Below the pieces are notes generated by a model. It ran no database searches, was not told the DNA's origin, and worked only from the letters and a program-made list of their open reading frames with translations. Position numbers and translations under genes: made by a program. From a virus (taxonomy: Duplodnaviria > Caudoviricetes): a DNA stretch of 30,472 nt. Location of the stretch: IMG/VR virus record IMGVR_UViG_3300016476_000568, positions 1 to 30,472 of that record; one strand, given 5' to 3'. Below are positions 24,870-30,472 of the stretch, piece after piece; positions within the stretch are counted from its first letter, which is position 1; each line of letters starts with the position of its first letter.

Positions 24870-25204
24870 CAGTAACCTGCCTGCTTCAACAGTTTCACCA
24901 TTTCCTCAAAGCGCATAATCGCATACTGCTCTGCACCAGTGGCGTGACCCTGACGTTTCACGACCAGCACACCGAAGTCAGCGCCAGCATTGATACGTTC
25001 CTGTTCTGTTTCTGAAAGCCAGGTGGATAACTCGTGTCGTTTCGCAGCCTTACATTCAAAGACGAGTGGTGCGCCAGCGTTGATGTCGCCTTTGTCTAGG
25101 TTGCCGTGTAATGCTCGGCGTTCCGCATAAGGGAAGCCGTTGTCACGGAGGAACCTGGCGATTAGGGTTTCAAAGGCTGTGCCTTTAGAACGGCTCTTGG
25201 ACAT
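24869..25204 (-). CDS. Holliday junction resolvase (Hjc-like PD-(D/E)XK)
   Basis: SKGTAFE, AERRALHG.LDKGDI, FECK. Confidence 0.85.
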   Translation of the reverse strand: MSKSRSKGTAFETLIARFLRDNGFPYAERRALHGNLDKGDINAGAPLVFECKAAKRHELSTWLSETEQERINAGADFGVLVVKRQGHATGAEQYAIMRFEEMVKLLKQAGY

Positions 25205-25370
25205 TTTCCCACGCCTCCTGAATCAACATTCGTAACGCTTGTGATTTGCTGACACCACGAGACAATGCGATTGTTTCAATCTGTTGGAACTGTTTACTTG
25301 TGACCCGTAAACCAATGAAGCGGGTTGATGCCACTTCACCTTCGGGGTCTACTGTTTTCTTAGCCGACAT
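25185..25370 (-). CDS. Ribbon-helix-helix DNA-binding protein
   Basis: FIGLRVT...IE.IA..RGVSKSQALRMLI. Confidence 0.72.
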   Translation of the reverse strand: MSAKKTVDPEGEVASTRFIGLRVTSKQFQQIETIALSRGVSKSQALRMLIQEAWENVQEPF

Positions 25371-26083
25371 TACTGTGCCTTCTTCGCTTCTTGGAAAGCC
25401 TTACGCAAAGCGTTCAGGTCTTTCTGTGTAGCGAAACCAAACTTCACATTGGCGTCACGATAGATGGTGATAGGGCTGAGGTTCGCTTGGGTGCAAGCCT
25501 TGTTGAACGCTTCAATCTGTTGCTCTGTCAATGGTGCGTCAGGGTTTAACGCTGGTTCTGTTGGCTTTTGTTGTGGCGTTGGCTTTGCGGGTGTGGGCTT
25601 TGGCGCTGGCTTATCACCATCAAGGTCTGCCCACTGGTTCTTAGTCCACAAGTTCAGTGAGATACCGAAACGCATAGACGCATTACGAAGGAAGTCACCG
25701 ATAAGTTCTTTGTCAAGGTCTACCTTGTCTGCTTTGACTGACCCGACACCAAGCATTTCTTTGCCGTGTACTGTGAGCCAGCCCCACATAGTTGCCATAC
25801 CGTTCTCAACGTGGATAGCGGGACGTCCATTCACCCAGCCACAGGGTTCCCATGACCAGTATGGGTCAATCTCAATGAGGATACGGGTGATGTCTGCGTG
25901 ACCTACGAAGTCCAGTTTCACTCCACCTTTGGGGAGTTGCTGAACGATTGATGGGTCTGGCTTGGCGTAGTCCTTGAGGATGTTACGCAGTTCTTTTTCT
26001 TTATTTGTTTCCATTGGTTGTACCTTTCTCGGTGTTTGATATGTGTAAGTGATGTGCTGTTCGTTGTATTTCTTTTCGTCCAT
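25370..26083 (-). CDS. Rad52/Sak-like single-strand annealing protein
   Basis: LDFVGHADIT..L..IDP.WSW, KELIGDFLRNASMRFGI...LW; follows YqaJ. Confidence 0.8.
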   Translation of the reverse strand: MDEKKYNEQHITYTYQTPRKVQPMETNKEKELRNILKDYAKPDPSIVQQLPKGGVKLDFVGHADITRILIEIDPYWSWEPCGWVNGRPAIHVENGMATMWGWLTVHGKEMLGVGSVKADKVDLDKELIGDFLRNASMRFGISLNLWTKNQWADLDGDKPAPKPTPAKPTPQQKPTEPALNPDAPLTEQQIEAFNKACTQANLSPITIYRDANVKFGFATQKDLNALRKAFQEAKKAQ

Positions 26084-26085
26084 TG

Positions 26086-27033
26086 TTACTCCCCTTTCAA
26101 GCGAAGTGTTCTACTGGTTGATGTCTTAACATACTTGTCGTATGTGTCAGGGTTTTCTGCTTGGAACTTCTTGGCGTCAAACCAGTCCCGCTTGTATCCC
26201 TTCCACGTTGCTACGACAGTGCCGTTGATTGTGGCTGTTTCATTTGCCCCAATCAGTTCACACAACTCAGCCTTCAAACGGTCCTCCATCTGTTTATAGG
26301 ATGCAAGTTCACTCTTGACGTGTTTGAGTTGGGCGATTAAATCCGCTACTGATGGTTCAAGTTCAACAGGGTTTGAATCTGTTTGTTGGTAGCGGGTAGA
26401 GATTGATTCATAGGAGTACACAACTCCTGGTGGGTCAATGCCGAGAGCGATGTTGTTCAGCCATGCTGCTGTGGCGTTGATGTGTTCTTCTTTCTCCTCG
26501 TCTGTGACGTTCTGTTCTACAAGGGTGAGGCGAAGTGTGTTGTCAAAGATTGCCCAGGTCACACGAGTGGCGTCTGAGCAGATTGCTTGCTGTACACCCT
26601 GGATACGCCAGTAGTCGGGCAGTGTGCCTGAGTATTCACGGCTTGTTGTTTTTACTTCAAGGATGTGTTTGGTGTCTTCGTTCCAGCCGTCAAGGGTGGA
26701 GATGAGGTGTGACCCGTTGTCATCGTCATAGCAGAACAACTCGTCAGGGGTGACGAACTTGATTCCGAGACGGTCACCTGCCCATTGGATGATGGTGTCT
26801 TCTAAACGGTTGCCTGTTTCCATTGCAGCGTTAGGTGGGATTGGTGTTGGTGCTACGCCTGACAGTAGTTCTGCTGCGTATACGTCTTGCTTGACGAATG
26901 GGTGCAGGCCGTAGATTGCTGCGGCTGCTGATGCTGAGATGCGGCGGTTGCCGTTGTCATCTTCGTAGCGTTGGTTCAACCATTCTTGTGAACCGTGTGG
27001 TGCTTTGGCAATGCGGTAACGCTTGTGTGCCAT
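26086..27033 (-). CDS. YqaJ-like viral recombinase exonuclease
   Basis: EWL..R, ISAS, GN.LE, STLDG, LEVKT, P.YW..Q..QQ. Confidence 0.9.
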   Translation of the reverse strand: MAHKRYRIAKAPHGSQEWLNQRYEDDNGNRRISASAAAAIYGLHPFVKQDVYAAELLSGVAPTPIPPNAAMETGNRLEDTIIQWAGDRLGIKFVTPDELFCYDDDNGSHLISTLDGWNEDTKHILEVKTTSREYSGTLPDYWRIQGVQQAICSDATRVTWAIFDNTLRLTLVEQNVTDEEKEEHINATAAWLNNIALGIDPPGVVYSYESISTRYQQTDSNPVELEPSVADLIAQLKHVKSELASYKQMEDRLKAELCELIGANETATINGTVVATWKGYKRDWFDAKKFQAENPDTYDKYVKTSTSRTLRLKGE

Positions 27034-27082
27034 GTGGGATTCCCCTTCCTTCTGTGTTGTACATATGTGCTATGTATAAAAC

Positions 27083-27111
27083 ACCATACAGGAAGGTTGT
27101 GTCAATTGCAA
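27083..27111 (-). promoter_or_regulatory. Promoter of the recombination/DNA-metabolism operon
   Basis: TTGCAA-N17-TATGGT; downstream palindrome TACATA-N5-TATGTA (27060-27076). Confidence 0.6.
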
Positions 27112-27368
27112 GGGGTAAGCACAAAAGTTTTTCTGACCATACCGACAGGGATATGGAACAGGTGGATTCCTTCACCTTCGTGGTACGACTGGAGCAGTGT
27201 GACGTGGTGTTCTTTAGCGCCTGGTTCACCAACAGGGATGAGGAAACCTACGGTTTGTACGAGGGTTTCGCCGTCATCTTCTACTTCTTCTAGTGATAGC
27301 CAGCCTGGTTCACCACCGCAGGCGTCTGCCCATTCAATGAGAACGATTGCATAGTTATTGTTCGTCAT
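27102..27368 (-). CDS. Conserved-type phage hypothetical protein (W.DA....W...VG..IP.GMV)
   Basis: Start moved to MTNNNY. Confidence 0.75.
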   Translation of the reverse strand: MTNNNYAIVLIEWADACGGEPGWLSLEEVEDDGETLVQTVGFLIPVGEPGAKEHHVTLLQSYHEGEGIHLFHIPVGMVRKTFVLTPCN

Positions 27369-27474
27369 CTGCGGGTGCGCCTTCTGTGCGACATTCAGGA
27401 CAGTATCTTCCTTGCGACTGGTGCCAAGCCTCACCGCAGGTGGGGCAGACGTAGATGTGAGCCAGAGATGTCAT
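27355..27474 (-). CDS. 39 aa zinc-ribbon micro-protein, probably leaderless, not in ORF track
   Basis: YVCPTCG...YCPEC; TACAAT ends 6 nt before the ATG. Confidence 0.65.
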   Translation of the reverse strand: MTSLAHIYVCPTCGEAWHQSQGRYCPECRTEGAPADDEQ

Positions 27475-27486
27475 GGTCTGATTGTA

Positions 27487-27618
27487 CTATGCGGCTTGGT
27501 GGCGGGCAATCAGGCTGTCAATCGTGTTAATAAGGTTGACCAGTTCTTGTTCTTCTGGCCCACGAACCACGACTTTTATTAGGAAATGACGGATGGAAAG
27601 CAGTTGTGTCAGAGTCAT
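27487..27618 (-). CDS. 43 aa hypothetical protein (MTLTQLLSIRHFL...), not in ORF track
   Basis: Fills the gap; TGaTACTCT upstream. Confidence 0.6.
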   Translation of the reverse strand: MTLTQLLSIRHFLIKVVVRGPEEQELVNLINTIDSLIARHQAA

Positions 27619-27634
27619 AGGACCCGACAGAGTA

Positions 27635-27865
27635 TCACTTAGGCTTAGTGATGTACGCTTCTACAAGCGTCAAACGATTCTCAATTCTGTCCAGAGAATC
27701 ACGCACCGAAGACCCGCTATTGGGCTTCATTTGTTCCTCAACAAAGTCAATAGTTCGTTCTAGTTTCTGCCCCCATTTGTACACAGGGTAAATCACAGCA
27801 CGGTGGATAACACCGAGGGAAACGATTGCGCCCGCAACCATCCCCAACCAATCAACGGGACTCAC
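27635..27865 (-). CDS. Single-TM lysis-cassette membrane protein (holin-like)
   Basis: N-terminal TM then PNSGSSVRDSLDRIE; follows endolysin. Confidence 0.65.
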   Translation of the reverse strand: MSPVDWLGMVAGAIVSLGVIHRAVIYPVYKWGQKLERTIDFVEEQMKPNSGSSVRDSLDRIENRLTLVEAYITKPK

Positions 27866-28434
27866 TCCCCACCGTCACAATACTGCCAGTGCCAAGCCTC
27901 AAACTCAGGAGACTTAGGGTCAGAACCCTGCAAATAGAAACCATAGGTGGGAGCGTTCAAACACATCCACTTAAACGCTTTCTTTGCTGATGCCATACCA
28001 ACAATGTTTCCGCCCTTGCCCTCTACCGCCAAGTCAATAGCGAGGCCCCAACCGTGGTTAGAACCTGACTTACCTGTTGGGTCTGGCGCTGCTGATGGTG
28101 CTTTGCCTTTCTTCAGAATCCACGTCTTGCCGTCATACTTACGGGTCACAACCTTTGGCTTCTTCAAACGAGGGTCGTTTGGTTTCGCTGGTTCATAACG
28201 GTCAAGGAACATTTGCAACTGCCCATCAAACGAACGGTAATCACCAATGTTTCTGAGGGTGATTCCTGCTGCGAGGGCTGCGTCATACATCTTGTTGAAC
28301 TGTTCGGCTGCAGTCTTATACATCTTTCCGCCTGTCTTTACACGTTCAAGCAAAGCCTTGTCAAGTCGTCCGTTAATTTGACCTTTCAAACCTTTCGGCA
28401 GAACCAGTTTCTTGTATGGGTATTGCTTTGCCAT
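27862..28434 (-). CDS. Endolysin, peptidase M15 (VanY-like)
   Basis: YRS...Q, SNHGWGLAID, EAWHWQY. Confidence 0.88.
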   Translation of the reverse strand: MAKQYPYKKLVLPKGLKGQINGRLDKALLERVKTGGKMYKTAAEQFNKMYDAALAAGITLRNIGDYRSFDGQLQMFLDRYEPAKPNDPRLKKPKVVTRKYDGKTWILKKGKAPSAAPDPTGKSGSNHGWGLAIDLAVEGKGGNIVGMASAKKAFKWMCLNAPTYGFYLQGSDPKSPEFEAWHWQYCDGGE

Positions 28435-28449
28435 TTGTTTGTTTCCTTG

Positions 28450-28478
28450 TTGCTTTTGTTATAAGACGGTGGTATGTT
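28450..28478 (+). promoter_or_regulatory. Antisense-oriented promoter for C6-loop hairpin B
   Basis: TTGCTT-N17-TATGTT with TGn extension; +1 near G28485. Confidence 0.6.
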
Positions 28479-28484
28479 TCTGTT

Positions 28485-28531
28485 GCCTCTAGCAAGGTCG
28501 TTCCCCCCTTTCTCCCTTGCTAGGGGCTTTT
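28485..28531 (+). ncRNA. C6-loop hairpin B, ~47 nt putative sRNA
   Basis: 13-bp stem, loop TCGTTCCCCCCTTTCTC, TTTT tail, own promoter. Confidence 0.65.
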
Positions 28532-28535
28532 ACTA

Positions 28536-28709
28536 TTAGTCGTCATCCACGCCAACACCAAAGATGATGGCGACAATCTGTACGAATAGTGTTGCGGCGC
28601 TGATGAATAGGGCTTTTTGTAGCACCTCTCCAGACAGGGTAATAAGAACAAATCCTGTACCTGATGCCCATAGCAACAGTGATGTGATTGCTCCTAAATA
28701 CTTACGCAT
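28536..28709 (-). CDS. 57 aa two-TM membrane protein, not in ORF track
   Basis: MRKYLGAITSLLLWASGTGFVLITL...IIFGVGVDDD. Confidence 0.72.
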   Translation of the reverse strand: MRKYLGAITSLLLWASGTGFVLITLSGEVLQKALFISAATLFVQIVAIIFGVGVDDD

Positions 28710-28720
28710 AGATACCTACC

Positions 28721-29830
28721 TTACCATTTACGGGCTGTGACTATTGCCGCCCCTAATAAGGTGACGGACACTACGATGAGCGCACGGCGCTGCGAGACAG
28801 GGATAGTGGAGCCGAGTGGGACGTAGGTATCTACTGCCCCGCCGAAGATGTTGACCTCGGCTTCAAAGGATTCTCGTACCTCTGCGGGGGCTTCTTGTAC
28901 GGCTGCGACCAGGGCTTCGGCTTGTTCCTCGGATAGTTCAGTCACGTCTAGGGTGGCGAATACTTCGCTGGCTTCTTCGGCTGTGAGTTCCGCTACGGCT
29001 TCAGGGTCGGTTGCTACCGCCACTGCTTGTGCTTGTGTGATTGTTTCGGGTATTGTCGTGGTTGATGTGGGTATTGGATTTAACAGGGTTGTTGTTGTCG
29101 GCGGCAGTGTGCTTGTTGTCGTACTGGTGGTGGAAGGAGCAGCAGTCGTAGATGTGGTGGCGAGTTGAGTTGTTGTCGTGGAGATTTCAACGGTGGTTGA
29201 AACGGGTACAGAAGAAGATGTGGTGGTCGTTGGTTCCAGTGTTGTTGTGGTGGTTGGTTCTAATGTTGTCGTGGTGGCTCCTGTCGTGGTTACTGCGACC
29301 TGAGTGAACGCCGTATCAGGAACAACGTCCCATGTGTCGTTCAGGTTCCACCACAGTTGGACCCAGGCCCCGCCCCCATTCTCATAAAACCACAGTGTTA
29401 TCTTTTTAGATACCCCCTCTTGGAACGGGACGGGCTGGCTCATTGAGCCGCCACCACCCTTGTCGTACCAGTCAGACGTAACTATCTCATCGTCCAAATA
29501 CAGGATTGTCCCGTCATCTGCGAGGGCTATAAACCGAATATCACAGGTACAGGGTGCTGTTATGAAACCTTCGTATTTAACTACGAAATCCTCATACATT
29601 TGAAACACAGGGGACTGGTCAAAATTTTGATTGATTCCAGAAAATACGGTAACGCCTGCCACCTGCCCTGTTGGGGGTAAAGGTGGGGCGTTGTTGTATC
29701 CCCTGTTGTTATAGACCGTGGCAGTTAGCCCTGGTGTTGTATCTGCTTTCGCTCCTGCTGTGGAGAGTAGGGCAGTAGCCCCTATCAGTAGAAGTATGGC
29801 TCTAGAGAGCCGAGTCTTCACTGGCCTCAC
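28721..29830 (-). CDS. Membrane-anchored PA14-domain protein with Thr-rich stalk
   Basis: Signal peptide, ADDG..LYLD and FYENGGGA..QL.W PA14 motifs, Thr/Ser tract, C-terminal TM. Confidence 0.82.
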   Translation of the reverse strand: MRPVKTRLSRAILLLIGATALLSTAGAKADTTPGLTATVYNNRGYNNAPPLPPTGQVAGVTVFSGINQNFDQSPVFQMYEDFVVKYEGFITAPCTCDIRFIALADDGTILYLDDEIVTSDWYDKGGGGSMSQPVPFQEGVSKKITLWFYENGGGAWVQLWWNLNDTWDVVPDTAFTQVAVTTTGATTTTLEPTTTTTLEPTTTTSSSVPVSTTVEISTTTTQLATTSTTAAPSTTSTTTSTLPPTTTTLLNPIPTSTTTIPETITQAQAVAVATDPEAVAELTAEEASEVFATLDVTELSEEQAEALVAAVQEAPAEVRESFEAEVNIFGGAVDTYVPLGSTIPVSQRRALIVVSVTLLGAAIVTARKW

Positions 29831-30080
29831 GCTTCACGCCGAACGCTGCGTCTACTTCATGTGCTTCCAACTTGCCGTCAAGTGAGGCTTTGGCGAGATT
29901 CACGAGAACGTCTGCTACTGCGTGGAATCCACCGAGGGCTGCTGAGTACCAGAGTGGGATTTGGACATCGGTTGCTACGCCGTTGATGATGCTGGAGCCT
30001 GTGATGATGGTAAGGCTGGACATGATGAACAGGGCCAAGATGCGTGATACGACATCTTTAGCAATCTTCAGTGACAACAT
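29802..30080 (-). CDS. Two-TM membrane protein (holin-like)
   Basis: 92 aa hydrophobic; DGKL...EVD..F tail; TGcTAAGAT promoter at 30120-30128. Confidence 0.7.
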   Translation of the reverse strand: MLSLKIAKDVVSRILALFIMSSLTIITGSSIINGVATDVQIPLWYSAALGGFHAVADVLVNLAKASLDGKLEAHEVDAAFGVKREASEDSAL

Positions 30081-30130
30081 GAGAGGTTCTCCTATGGGTT
30101 GGCCCCTCCTGGCCTACCTATCTTAGCAGG

Positions 30131-30472
30131 CTAGTCGTGCTTGATGATGTAGTTAACGACCAGGTAAGGCTGGTAGTAGGCTTCTCCACCACCTGTATTG
30201 GCGTTGGTCATAGTGACTATGGTGCTTGCTGATGCTGTAATCCCTGTTGCGCCAGAAGGAATTGTGTGGTCGTGGACGCCTAATTCACTGTCTGTGGTGA
30301 GGTTGTCAACACCTGTTGCACTTCCACCCGCCGCATATGTTGTGGACCCTGTGTGGGTGTGGCTGGTTGACGAGGTTTGACGTGCATCAGGAAGACCGTG
30401 GCTATGGCTTAAATCTTTTCCACCAGTCTTGCCACTGTGACTATGTTCTGGGTCGGTAATAGTTACAGTTGT
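30131..30472 (-). CDS. Partial tail fibre / tail-collar-type protein (C-terminus)
   Basis: Open frame with repeated HxH motifs, ending QPYLVVNYIIKHD*. Confidence 0.82.
   Translation of the reverse strand, partial: TTVTITDPEHSHSGKTGGKDLSHSHGLPDARQTSSTSHTHTGSTTYAAGGSATGVDNLTTDSELGVHDHTIPSGATGITASASTIVTMTNANTGGGEAYYQPYLVVNYIIKHD

Overview
Most of the genome of a tailed, probably podovirus-like phage of an actinobacterial host (WhiB, Rpf-like transglycosylase, M15 endolysin, leaderless and extended -10 promoters). Minus-strand late module at 1-14.4 kb: terminase with fused HTH, portal, large putative internal virion proteins, scaffold, major capsid. About 1.3 kb non-coding control region at 14.4-15.7 kb. 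Plus-strand array of small early genes at 15.7-20.0 kb. Minus-strand DNA-metabolism module at 20.0-27.1 kb: YqaJ, Sak/Rad52, resolvase, SSB, WhiB, PAPS-reductase-like protein, and a VUT transporter plus TGT/DpdA-like pair. Lysis, surface and tail-fibre genes at 27.1-30.5 kb. No polymerase, primase, helicase, initiator, integrase, CI-type repressor or ParA/B is recognisable. The strongest signals are non-coding: two promoter-driven hairpin sRNAs with identical UCCCCCCUU loops complementary to the G-rich RBS of early and middle genes; two tandem, promoter-driven, pseudoknotted RNAs (one tRNA-shaped); a type II hammerhead ribozyme; and a perfect parS, two LexA-like boxes and two CRP-like boxes around the early promoters. 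All calls come from manual reading, without database searches.
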